Assembly (NCBI GenBank): GCA_944372115.1
Contig: CALVYH010000003.1
Coordinates: 28,172-92,171 of the forward strand
Source: an uncultured Bacilli bacterium
GTDB taxonomy: Bacteria > Bacillota_I > Bacilli_A > RFN20 > CAG-826
Direction of reading: 5' to 3'
Length of the DNA stretch: 64,000 nt
Of the stretch, positions 17,818 through 27,447 are shown piece by piece. The notes below the pieces were generated by a model. It searched no databases. It saw only the letters and a program-made list of their open reading frames with translations, and was not told the origin of the DNA. How positions within the stretch are numbered: the first letter of the stretch is position 1; the number at the start of each line of letters is the position of its first letter. The translations under genes were made by a program, and so were the position numbers.

Positions 17818-18975
17818 TCATAAATTTTTATCATTTTTCTGAATTAATTTTACCCTTTCATTTACTTGATTAGATAGTTTGTCTTCCGTTTCCTTATTTA
17901 AAAACCAAACACTATTTTTTGTGTCAATAACTCTAGTAACAGAAATTAAATCTCCTATTGAAGTATGATGTTTAGTAAAAATAATTATTAAATAATCAAT
18001 TAAATAAAATAATCCTAAAGTAAAATATCCAACAAATGCTTCAGCTGAAATAAACAAATATTTAACAAAAATTTGAATCTTTTTTACTTGATACTCTTCT
18101 TTTCTAATTAAACCAAGCTTCATCATTCTCATTGATAAAGTTTCGCCGTTTTTTGATAACAGTGGAATTAAAATAAAATAAATTAATAAAGCTATAGTTA
18201 AAGAAATATAAAAAACATAACGCCCAATTCTTTCTAAATCTATATAAATTTCATAGTATTTATCAGTTTCTCTTAAATAAAAACAAGCTTGATGATAACT
18301 TCCAGGATAAGCATCTGTATCTGCAAAAATTCTTAAATAAGCTCTAATATAAGATTGGTTTTCATTAGCAGAAAAAGATTTAGATTCATCTTTAGTATAA
18401 GTTACTCCATTATAAATTACTTGATTATAAATACCTATATTTGAAGAAGCCACTTCTCCATCTTCATCAAAAGTTAATGGATCAGAGCTTTTATCGCCAT
18501 TAATAATATAAAAAGCTTTAAAATTTGGATACTCTTCATTATCGATATTGCAAACATTTTTATAAAACCATTCATTTAATTCCTCATGATTAGGAACTTC
18601 ATCAAAAATAATGTTATATCCATTTATTTTATCTAAATAATTAAAATAAAAGTTATAAAGCATTTTTAAAAATATCATATGTGAATCATATGTAAAATAA
18701 CCATTTTCATCAGTTAATTTATCTGCGGAAATATAATTTACTTCAGTTAATGGTTCTTCATCGATACCAGAATCATCAAAAAATAATCCGCTATCAACCT
18801 GTATTTCTTTTACTTCTTTTAACTTTTGAGGAATATGAAAACCGTAATCAATATACCCCTCAACAGTAGGTAAATAGGTTGGGATAATAAGAATAATAAT
18901 AAATAATAAATCTAAAATATATCCGAAAGTTCTCTTTCCTAAAGAACCATAATGAATCGATCTAATCTTCTCCAT
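17818..18975 (-). CDS. RDD-family membrane protein with large extracellular insert
   Basis: KRTFGYILD + TM1; ~210-aa loop; IYFILIPL...GETLSMRMMKL; HTSIGDLISVTRV. Confidence 0.8.
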   Translation of the reverse strand: MEKIRSIHYGSLGKRTFGYILDLLFIIILIIPTYLPTVEGYIDYGFHIPQKLKEVKEIQVDSGLFFDDSGIDEEPLTEVNYISADKLTDENGYFTYDSHMIFLKMLYNFYFNYLDKINGYNIIFDEVPNHEELNEWFYKNVCNIDNEEYPNFKAFYIINGDKSSDPLTFDEDGEVASSNIGIYNQVIYNGVTYTKDESKSFSANENQSYIRAYLRIFADTDAYPGSYHQACFYLRETDKYYEIYIDLERIGRYVFYISLTIALLIYFILIPLLSKNGETLSMRMMKLGLIRKEEYQVKKIQIFVKYLFISAEAFVGYFTLGLFYLIDYLIIIFTKHHTSIGDLISVTRVIDTKNSVWFLNKETEDKLSNQVNERVKLIQKNDKNL

Positions 18976-19954
18976 TTATTTTGTCTGCCTCTAATTCTTC
19001 AAAATTATTATAAATGATAGATTCTTTTTTATTTGCAACCCTAGAAAAAGATAAAAGATCAAGAAGCGAAGCGTTTTCTCTATTCATTAAAGTCGCTAAC
19101 CAATTAAATAAAAAATACCCTCCATAAATTGGTGCTAAAATAAAAACATTATCTTCAAAAAGAATAACAATTAATAAAATAACCATCGGAACATTTCTAA
19201 TCAAAAAGAAATATCTTTTTTGATATAGACCATCTTTAGAAACCAAAGCTATTTTTGTTAAAAACCTCCCTAAAGTGAATCCATATTTATTTGTAACTGG
19301 AGGAATAACAAAAATTAAGAAATAAGGTATGAAAGCTGAAAAGAATATACGATAAACCCCTTTTTGAACGATTGAATTTCTAGCTATTTCATAAAAACTA
19401 TCATTATAAAGATCACTGAAAATTTCACGATAATGTCGAGAATAAAATGTTAAAAGGTCAGCTTTAGCATCATCAGTTAAATCCTTCGTCTTATCTTCAT
19501 CTTCATAATATTTAGCTTTTATTACTCCGATTTTAGAAGTATCTATTTTTCCATTTTCATCATATTGATATTCAAAATAAGTATAATCGGTTCCAAGTTG
19601 AAGGATTTTCTCGTTATATTCTTCAACTTTATAACAACTTCTTTCTCCACCATTTTCCTTATAAAATGAAGAGCCAAAATATTTATCAGTTAAATAATAA
19701 TTTTCAACAACTTCTTGATACTTAATATAATCTGAAGAATTTAATTGATTATAATACCCATTTTTATCTTTTATTAATAAACCCGAATAAACTTGGGCTT
19801 TAGCAACTATTTGATCTTCATCGTAAGAATTAAATATATATTTAAAAATAAATGTTGATGCGATGAAAAATAAAACACCAAAAATAATGAAATCTATACA
19901 AATTCCAAGGAATCTTAACGACATTTTTGGATAAACAATTCTTTTATTTTCCAT
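18962..19954 (-). CDS. RDD-family membrane protein with large extracellular insert
   Basis: LRFLGICID + TM1; loop; IFVIPP...GFTLGRFLTKI; ASLLDLLSFSRV. Confidence 0.8.
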   Translation of the reverse strand: MENKRIVYPKMSLRFLGICIDFIIFGVLFFIASTFIFKYIFNSYDEDQIVAKAQVYSGLLIKDKNGYYNQLNSSDYIKYQEVVENYYLTDKYFGSSFYKENGGERSCYKVEEYNEKILQLGTDYTYFEYQYDENGKIDTSKIGVIKAKYYEDEDKTKDLTDDAKADLLTFYSRHYREIFSDLYNDSFYEIARNSIVQKGVYRIFFSAFIPYFLIFVIPPVTNKYGFTLGRFLTKIALVSKDGLYQKRYFFLIRNVPMVILLIVILFEDNVFILAPIYGGYFLFNWLATLMNRENASLLDLLSFSRVANKKESIIYNNFEELEADKINGED

Positions 19955-20021
19955 TTAAAACATCCCTTCAAAATTTAAGTATATTAACTTTATCAAAAAA
20001 TGAACTTAAATAATATAAAAA

Positions 20022-21137
20022 TTAACTTAATATATCTTCTTTAATTAAGTAAGTTTTACTTATAACCTCGAATAAATTCTTATTTCTTTTATTAACTAAA
20101 ATAAAGATAAGATTAAATAATATAAATAAGAATCCTATAAATGGAAGAGTATATAAAGTTAAATAAGAAGAATAATTTTTAATACCTATTTTAAAGATAG
20201 GTATTAAAAATAATATTGGAAAACATTCAACACTTTTAATTAAAAAAAGGAATAAACATTCTAAATTATTAATATATGACTTATCTTTTTCTTTAATTCT
20301 TTCTACTTTAACTAAATTTTCGCCAATACTTTCTTTTTTCTTTGAAAAAGCAGGATAAATGAAAAACAAAATAAAAGAAACTAGAAAAAACGTTATTAAT
20401 GCACAATAAAAATAATTATCATTAATAATTTTATCATTTTCATTTATTTTGTTTCGTAAAAGTAAATAAGAAGTTGAATTATCTAACGAAACTAAATCAT
20501 TAACTTTAATATCATTTAATAAATATTCATAAAATTTTGTAAATAAAACGCTTAAATTTGCATAATCTTCATACCCCTTAACACTCATTTCTTCATCTTC
20601 GTTAAAAAGTAAAATAAACTCATCTTGATATTCTTGTTTTAAAGAAACACTGTTATTGATTAAATAAACATCTTTTTCAAAAAAAGGTGATAAAAATTCT
20701 AACTTTAAATTATTTAAAGAAGAAACATCTTCTTTTTTTATACCAACAAAATAATTATAAAAAACATCGTATTTTGAAGTTTCTTCATTATTTTTAACTA
20801 AAAATTTGCAAAAATAATAAAATGTTTTACTTAAAGAATCACTTAAAGAATATTTATCGCTACTTTCACTATCATCAAAAAATAAAAGTTCATGTTCATA
20901 TAAAAGATTGAAAATTTCTTTTTCACCCTTCTCATTCTCTTTAATTAAATTATCATAAGAAATTATTGGTCTTGATATTTGAAATATAACAAGATTAAAA
21001 ATAACTAATGAAAGTATTAAAGAAGTAATAATATCAATAAAAAAAGAAAACATTCTATCTTTTAAAGTGACTTTCTCATTAAAACTACTTACTTCTTTTT
21101 TAATATCTTTATTTTCCATACTTAGAAAAAATAACAC
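20022..21137 (-). CDS. RDD-like membrane protein with large extracellular insert
   Basis: DRMFSFFID + TM1; loop; FFIYPAF...ESIGENLVKV; KNLFEVISKTYLI. The true start may be ATG 21119. Confidence 0.72.
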   Translation of the reverse strand: MLFFLSMENKDIKKEVSSFNEKVTLKDRMFSFFIDIITSLILSLVIFNLVIFQISRPIISYDNLIKENEKGEKEIFNLLYEHELLFFDDSESSDKYSLSDSLSKTFYYFCKFLVKNNEETSKYDVFYNYFVGIKKEDVSSLNNLKLEFLSPFFEKDVYLINNSVSLKQEYQDEFILLFNEDEEMSVKGYEDYANLSVLFTKFYEYLLNDIKVNDLVSLDNSTSYLLLRNKINENDKIINDNYFYCALITFFLVSFILFFIYPAFSKKKESIGENLVKVERIKEKDKSYINNLECLFLFLIKSVECFPILFLIPIFKIGIKNYSSYLTLYTLPFIGFLFILFNLIFILVNKRNKNLFEVISKTYLIKEDILS

Positions 21138-21191
21138 AATTTTGATAAATATATATAATTAATTTTTCTTTAAAATCTTAACAAACTATTT

Positions 21192-22139
21192 TTACCTTCC
21201 TTCATTTTTCTTCTTACTATATAAATACTCTTCATAATTTAAATAAAATTTCTTATTTTCATTACTTAAACTATAGGATTGAGATAAATATTCGTTTAAA
21301 TTTTGGTGAGAAATAGAAAAAATCATCATCCCTATACTTATTAATAAGGGAATAAAAAATGTAAAAAGAGATAATAAAAATTCAAGGAAGAAAAAGTATA
21401 AAAACTTAATTAAGAAATCTTTTTTAGATAATGAAAATCCATTTACTTTTAAATTTCCAAATCTAAAAATTAATTTTCCGATTGTTTTATTTCCTCTTTT
21501 TATAATTAAAGGAATAAAAAGATAAAATATTAAAACACTAATAATAATTGATGAAACTAATAAAATAATTTGAAAAATAAATATTTTATTAGTTTCATTT
21601 TTATAAATATCGTTTTGAAGTAAATATCCTATCGCATTTTCATTAATTATATAAATATAAAATTCAACAAAATCTTTATCTAAAGCATCTACTTTTTCTT
21701 TTATTTCGTTACTTATTTCATCTTTATAAAATAAATTATTCCCATATTCTAACTTTAATTCGTTTAATAAATTATTGCCAAAAGAAGAAATACCACTATA
21801 ACAATTTAAATTAATATAAAAGTAATTAACTCTTTTTTCTAAATCTTTTCTTTTTTCATTATTAGAAATAGTTTTATTATTTTCATAATAATCACTAATT
21901 AAAATATATTCTTCATTACTTTTTATATATAAAGAAGAATCTTCTATAACCGTGTTTATAGAAGATATACTTTCTTTATATATAGAAGTATTTGTATAAA
22001 TAAAAAGTGAAGATAAAGTTAAAATTAACGCTAAAAAGATAGTAATAAATATATCGATTATCGCACTAAAAAACCTTTTATATAAAGGAACATAATCATA
22101 TTCTATTTCTATTACATTTTCTTTTTTTTCTTTTTCCAT
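21192..22139 (-). CDS. RDD-family membrane protein with large extracellular insert
   Basis: KRFFSAIID + TM1; loop; FYLFIPL...KTIGKLIFRF; HQNLNEYLSQSY. Confidence 0.8.
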   Translation of the reverse strand: MEKEKKENVIEIEYDYVPLYKRFFSAIIDIFITIFLALILTLSSLFIYTNTSIYKESISSINTVIEDSSLYIKSNEEYILISDYYENNKTISNNEKRKDLEKRVNYFYINLNCYSGISSFGNNLLNELKLEYGNNLFYKDEISNEIKEKVDALDKDFVEFYIYIINENAIGYLLQNDIYKNETNKIFIFQIILLVSSIIISVLIFYLFIPLIIKRGNKTIGKLIFRFGNLKVNGFSLSKKDFLIKFLYFFFLEFLLSLFTFFIPLLISIGMMIFSISHQNLNEYLSQSYSLSNENKKFYLNYEEYLYSKKKNEGR

Positions 22140-22195
22140 CGTTTAATTATTTTATTAAATTTAAAAAATAATATAAAACTTATTTATTTCATTCT

Positions 22196-23365
22196 TTATT
22201 TCATTTCATTTATAAATTCATCACTTTTTTTAATAATTTCATTACTGCCTAAATTTATTAAAGAATAGTGTTTTTTATTTAAAAGAGGTAAAAACATATT
22301 AATTAATAAAAGTAGAAAAGAGAATATTGATATATTAAAAATATTTATAAAACCTATAAAAATCATATTTAAATATGAAAAATAAAATAAAAATATAAAA
22401 ATAAGCAATGAAAATAAGAATATTAAATAAAGAAGTATAAATTTTGTTAAATAATTTATAAATTTTAAATTTAAGTTAGTTTTTTTATTTGCCCCAACAA
22501 GTTTAAACATCTTCATCATTAAAGTTTGATCTTTTTTGAAAATTAAAAGCGGAATTAAAAAATAAATAATAAAAGCTAATGTATAAGAAATAAATAGTTC
22601 ATAAATTAAGTAAATATAATATTCATCATTTAATTTTTTAAAATCAGAAAATGATAAATTATAATTACTATCATTACTTTCAAAATCTTTAATTAATTCA
22701 TTATAAAAAAGTGAGTAATTATCTAAATATTCATTATAAAACGAACTATATTCATTAGAATAATCTTCTTCAAAAATATATTTTGTTAATTTTAAAGCAA
22801 CTTCTTCTTTAAAAAGAAAATAGTTAGTTTCTAAAAAGTTATTTTCATAATAATTAATAAAATATTTATTAAAAAGCTCTAAAATAAACTCATCATTTTT
22901 ACTTTTATCTTTTGTTATATTATTTAAACGATAATTAAATAAATAAAAATTTATATTTTCTTCACTATAATCATCAAAAATTTCATAATCTTTATATAAA
23001 TTTCCTTTAAATTCATAGTTAATACCAACTAAATAAGTTTTTAAGCTCCTTCTTATTTCTTTATAAATAGTATCTTCAAAAGAAATTAAGTTATTATCTT
23101 CTATTTCTAAAAGCGAAGAAGATTCGGAAATTTTATATAAATTTCCTCTACTTTCATTAATTTCACTAATTTTATTACTTACACTAGGAATTAAAAAACC
23201 AATTTGATTAGTAAAAATACCTTGAATTAATGAAAAAAGAATAAAAAATAAAGCAAAATCTAATAAAAATACTAAAAATCTCTTTTTTGAAGGAGCATTT
23301 TCATTTAAAGAATAATTAAAATTCTTATTAATATTTTTATCTTTTATTAAAAATATATTTTTCAT
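22196..23365 (-). CDS. RDD-like membrane protein with large extracellular insert
   Basis: KRFLVFLLD + TM1; loop; IYFLIPL...QTLMMKMFKL; HYSLINLGSNEII. Confidence 0.75.
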   Translation of the reverse strand: MKNIFLIKDKNINKNFNYSLNENAPSKKRFLVFLLDFALFFILFSLIQGIFTNQIGFLIPSVSNKISEINESRGNLYKISESSSLLEIEDNNLISFEDTIYKEIRRSLKTYLVGINYEFKGNLYKDYEIFDDYSEENINFYLFNYRLNNITKDKSKNDEFILELFNKYFINYYENNFLETNYFLFKEEVALKLTKYIFEEDYSNEYSSFYNEYLDNYSLFYNELIKDFESNDSNYNLSFSDFKKLNDEYYIYLIYELFISYTLAFIIYFLIPLLIFKKDQTLMMKMFKLVGANKKTNLNLKFINYLTKFILLYLIFLFSLLIFIFLFYFSYLNMIFIGFINIFNISIFSFLLLLINMFLPLLNKKHYSLINLGSNEIIKKSDEFINEMK

Positions 23366-23372
23366 TTAAAAA

Positions 23373-24719
23373 TTAATCAATTTTTCTAAGCCAATCACCG
23401 ATTTCACTATAATCATCAATCCAAATAGTAATCAAATCATATGAGAAAAAATAATTTGTAACATCTCTAAATGTTTTTTCACCATATCTTTCTTCTTTTT
23501 TCATAAATATAAAATTAAATTTTAAAAAGTTAGAAGCTAATTCTAATAATCTTTTCATATTTGGATCAGTTAAAGATATTCCAATAAAAATTGATGTTTT
23601 AAACATAAAATCATGTAATTGCTTAGCAATATTCCATGAATATGGGTTGTTATAAAGATAAAAATATTCAGATTCATTAAAAATTAATGAATCTGTAAAT
23701 TTTTCTTCATTGTATTTATCAAAAGGAAGTAATCCATGCACATGATAAATATCCACCTTTGCATCTTTAGTTAAAAAGGCGTTATCATCATAAACCGTGT
23801 TATATAAAATACCCCTTCTTTTAAGAATGTACTCTAAGTTTGTGTCGTAATTATATGTGATAACTGTTGTTTTATTCTGTCTTTCAATAAAATTGGTTAA
23901 TTCATATAAAGTAGAATTAGGATCATCAAAATCAATATTGTCCTTAAAAAGATATAATTCTTTATTTAATTCTTTATAAGTATCAAATCCGTTAGTTTTT
24001 AAAATTTTTGAAGAAACGAAAAGTTCATTTCCAACATAATGAGAAATTTCTTCCATTCTTTCCTCATTTCCTTCATAAAAAGTTGAATTTAAGGCTGAAA
24101 TTAAATGTTTCCAATCTTTTGCACCATAATTTACATTCATTCCCGCTCCTAAAATAAGGTCAGTATCAAGTTGATAAGTAAAAAGTTTTAAAAGATAAAG
24201 AATGAAAGAATCTTCATTTTCTTCTTGTCTATCTAAGTTTAAACGATATAAAAGTTCATCTTTAAATAAAGATTCATCTTTTTTCTTTAAAGTGTAGTTA
24301 ATTTTCTTTCCTTCAATATATCCAACAGCTAAAAAATTATCTTCATCGAAGTAAATATTTAAACTCGATAACGGAATATAAGGATCTAAATTTTTTAAAG
24401 ATTTTACTTTAAAGAAATTTACGTTACCCATAATATCTACCTCCTCTAAATTAACTTTAAAAATAGAAGAGTAAATATGAACAACATATTTATGAATATG
24501 GTCATGAGATGAATAAACAACAACTTTAAAATTACATTTTGGATCGAAATGAAATCCGAAAGATCTAAAAATTATTTTTTTATAACTAACTCCATTTAAA
24601 TAATATAAATAAAGTAAGATAAGTAAGCATTTTTTGCTAAATATGTAATTTTCTCTTTCTTTTTTTCTCATAAACACAAATTTCCTAACGTTTAAAATTT
24701 TAGCATGTTTTAGGTTCAA
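23373..24719 (-). CDS. SIR2-like domain protein (SIR2_2 type, putative NADase) with unknown N-terminal domain
   Basis: LILGAG, ITYNYD, YHVHG, IFIGISLTDPN motifs in the C-terminal ~260 aa; alternative in-frame ATG at 24671. Confidence 0.85.
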   Translation of the reverse strand: MNLKHAKILNVRKFVFMRKKERENYIFSKKCLLILLYLYYLNGVSYKKIIFRSFGFHFDPKCNFKVVVYSSHDHIHKYVVHIYSSIFKVNLEEVDIMGNVNFFKVKSLKNLDPYIPLSSLNIYFDEDNFLAVGYIEGKKINYTLKKKDESLFKDELLYRLNLDRQEENEDSFILYLLKLFTYQLDTDLILGAGMNVNYGAKDWKHLISALNSTFYEGNEERMEEISHYVGNELFVSSKILKTNGFDTYKELNKELYLFKDNIDFDDPNSTLYELTNFIERQNKTTVITYNYDTNLEYILKRRGILYNTVYDDNAFLTKDAKVDIYHVHGLLPFDKYNEEKFTDSLIFNESEYFYLYNNPYSWNIAKQLHDFMFKTSIFIGISLTDPNMKRLLELASNFLKFNFIFMKKEERYGEKTFRDVTNYFFSYDLITIWIDDYSEIGDWLRKID

Positions 24720-24803
24720 ATAATAAACTTATTCTCAAAATTTTCTACTTCATTTTGTTTTAAAAATATAGAAAAAATAAGTCAATATAATTAGAATAAT
24801 TAC

Positions 24804-25778
24804 ATGCGTTATTTTATTTTTAAAAAATTATACGATTATATATGGAAAAACGCTGATATAGGCGATAAAAAGATAAAAAGTAAAGAAATTAAACCTGAAG
24901 GAATTATAAAAAAAGAATATTCCATCTTTTTCCCTAAGAATAAAACAATCAAATATAAATCTAACGAATTAAAATTTAATATTTATTATGATAAAAATAT
25001 TAAAACTCGTCCTGTCATTATTGATATTCATGGTGGTGGATGGAAATACGGCGATAAAGATTTAAATGATAATTTTTGTTATCATCTTGCAAAAAATGGA
25101 TTTAACATTGTTTCTTTATCATATTCATTAGGTTATAAAGCAAAATTAATTAACCAACTCCAAGAGATCCACTTTTTAATTAATCATTTAATTTCAAATA
25201 GTGAAAATTTTTTTCTTGATATGTCTTCATTATTTTTAACTGGTGATAGTGCTGGTGGAGAACTTGCTTTTCTTTACACTGCTATTATAGTAAATAATTT
25301 TAAATACGGAGAAATTTATAAAATTTTCAATAAAAACAATATAAATGTCAAAGGAATTGCTCTAAATCATGCAACTTGTTATTTGAAAGATTTAGGTGAT
25401 TTCCCAGGACATAAATTTTTAACTTGGATATGTAAAAACGGTATTAAAAGGATGCTTTATGGCCCTTTCTTTAAACAAAGAAAAATATATACAAAAACTG
25501 ACCCAAACGATATTTTCCCCACATCAAATCCATTCCCTCCAATTTTAATTCTTACTTCAAGAGGCGATAAACTATATTCATTCCAATCAATTTTATTAAA
25601 TGATGATTGTAACTTATATGCAATTCCTCATAAATTTATTAATTTGGATAATGAAAAAGCTATTCATGTTTTTAACGTTCTATATCCAAATTTAGACGAT
25701 TCAATCTATTTTAATAATGAAATTACAAATTTTTTCAAAACTGAATTAAATAAAAAGGAAGAAGAAACTAATAAATAG
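24804..25778 (+). CDS. alpha/beta hydrolase, HSL-type esterase/lipase
   Basis: HGGGW oxyanion motif, GDSAG nucleophile, D...HVF. Confidence 0.88.
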   Translation: MRYFIFKKLYDYIWKNADIGDKKIKSKEIKPEGIIKKEYSIFFPKNKTIKYKSNELKFNIYYDKNIKTRPVIIDIHGGGWKYGDKDLNDNFCYHLAKNGFNIVSLSYSLGYKAKLINQLQEIHFLINHLISNSENFFLDMSSLFLTGDSAGGELAFLYTAIIVNNFKYGEIYKIFNKNNINVKGIALNHATCYLKDLGDFPGHKFLTWICKNGIKRMLYGPFFKQRKIYTKTDPNDIFPTSNPFPPILILTSRGDKLYSFQSILLNDDCNLYAIPHKFINLDNEKAIHVFNVLYPNLDDSIYFNNEITNFFKTELNKKEEETNK

Positions 25779-26405
25779 TTATAGATAATTGTTTTCTTTC
25801 AATATATTAATTACAAAATCATAAGTTAGTTTTTCTAAATCTTTTTCATCTTTTTTATACAAATATTCTCTAATTTTTGTAGACGAAATTCCTGTTAAAT
25901 CAAAAGATGGATCAATAAAAATAAATGATTTTTCATGGCCTTTTAAGAATGAATTTTCATTAATAATTCTATTTAAAACACCATTATTTCTTTTAACTAC
26001 GATAAATTTAAAATCTTTTAAAATATCATCAATTCTATACCATTTATCTAAATTTTGAAGTTTTTCACTACCTATTACGAATAAAATTTCATCATCTTTA
26101 TATTTTTCTTTTAAGTAATTTAATGATTTATAAGTAGTAGAATTTTCATCATCTATTTCATGTAAATCTAATTCAATATTTTTATTTTGTTTTATAAATT
26201 CGTTTAATATTTTAATTCTTAATTCAATAGGTAAAATTTCCTTATTATTAAAATTATTTATTGAATGATTATGAATTTTATTTGTTATTAAAAGAATGCC
26301 TTTTTCGGCATCAAAGAAATTAACTAAATATTTAATTATTTTTCCATGAGCTTTCGTTAAAGGATTAAAACTTCCTCCTAAAACAATAATTTTATTAGAT
26401 CGCAT
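25779..26405 (-). CDS. nadD: nicotinate/nicotinamide-nucleotide adenylyltransferase
   Basis: GGSFNPLTKAH, FVIGSE, KWY, ISSTKIRE. Confidence 0.8.
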   Translation of the reverse strand: MRSNKIIVLGGSFNPLTKAHGKIIKYLVNFFDAEKGILLITNKIHNHSINNFNNKEILPIELRIKILNEFIKQNKNIELDLHEIDDENSTTYKSLNYLKEKYKDDEILFVIGSEKLQNLDKWYRIDDILKDFKFIVVKRNNGVLNRIINENSFLKGHEKSFIFIDPSFDLTGISSTKIREYLYKKDEKDLEKLTYDFVINILKENNYL

Positions 26406-26408
26406 AAT

Positions 26409-27338
26409 TTATTTATCCAATTTTTCTATAATCTCATCTTCACCTATATAACAAGCCGAATAATGATTATCACTTATTTCAAATAAAGAAGGTACATATC
26501 TAAAATATGTTTCACTAACTTTATTAACTTTATTTTCAATATTTTCTTTTACATATCTATTTTTAAAATCATCAACACTAGAAACATCATTAGGAACTTT
26601 AAATTTATTTCTAATTTCTTTTCCTTCTTCACTTGAAGAAGGAAATACATTAAATGTAAAAATAGGTACTTCTTTATTTTTAGGTGAACTTAAATAATTT
26701 AAAAGAGTGGGTTTAACCTTAAAACAATGAGGACACGTATCAAAATATAAATAAATATAATATCTTTTATAATTTAATGTATAAAATTCTTCTATTTCTT
26801 TTAATATAGCATTATTAAAATCACTATAACTTCTACTATCTAAAGTCGTAGATATTAAATATTTAGCAGGTTCAACTCCTCCAGCAATATAATCATAAAT
26901 AACTCCATTATTAACAATATATAAAGATGGAACTAGATTAATAATTGTATCTTTTAAAGTAGAAACTTTATTATTTACCATTATATTTTTACATTCTTCA
27001 ATAGTTAATGAAGAATCAGAAATATAATTAGCACCTTCTTCTTTTAATCTAATAGTATTATAAATATAAACTTTAAAATGCTTATTTCCTTTTTTATATT
27101 CATTTAAATGATTTAAGATAACATTTTTATTTTTATTACAACTTTCGCAATCAACTCGATATAAATAAACTCCATATGTTTCTTCTTTTTGAAGATAAAA
27201 ATTATTGATATTATCTAAATAATATTCTTTAAAAGAAGAATAATCTAAAGAAGGATCTATCTCAAAAGTAGGTAAAGAATTACAAGAAGTTAAAAATAAT
27301 AAAATAAATAATATAAAACTTTTAAAAATTTTTTTCAT
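26409..27338 (-). CDS. lipoprotein with two thioredoxin-like domains
   Basis: Lipobox LTS-C; repeats YLYxxxCESC...VPSLY and YLYxxxCPHC...VPSLF (cis-Pro loop). Confidence 0.75.
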   Translation of the reverse strand: MKKIFKSFILFILLFLTSCNSLPTFEIDPSLDYSSFKEYYLDNINNFYLQKEETYGVYLYRVDCESCNKNKNVILNHLNEYKKGNKHFKVYIYNTIRLKEEGANYISDSSLTIEECKNIMVNNKVSTLKDTIINLVPSLYIVNNGVIYDYIAGGVEPAKYLISTTLDSRSYSDFNNAILKEIEEFYTLNYKRYYIYLYFDTCPHCFKVKPTLLNYLSSPKNKEVPIFTFNVFPSSSEEGKEIRNKFKVPNDVSSVDDFKNRYVKENIENKVNKVSETYFRYVPSLFEISDNHYSACYIGEDEIIEKLDK

Positions 27339-27447
27339 AACTAAATATTTTTTTATAAACTTATTAAAAATAAATAAGTCTTAATAATTATACTAAACTA
27401 ATCATAAACATATAAAACAAAATTCATTATTTTGGTATACTTTATAC

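Noticed and set aside
1671-23365. Natural-competence (transformation) locus
   Set aside because: No ComEA helix-hairpin-helix, ComEC, ComFA, DprA or pilin genes are seen; nuclease plus nucleotidase plus CUT1 importers points to nutrition rather than intact DNA uptake.
17818-23365. Recent tandem DNA repeats, phase-variable cassettes or an integron array
   Set aside because: I could see no nucleotide-level repeats, attC-like sites or recombinase; similarity is only at the protein motif level.
23373-24719. Assignment to a known SIR2 defence system (Thoeris, Sir2-HerA, SPARSA, DSR, Avs)
   Set aside because: No TIR, HerA, Argonaute, STAND NTPase, Macro or SLOG partner is recognisable, and the protein is too short for DSR.
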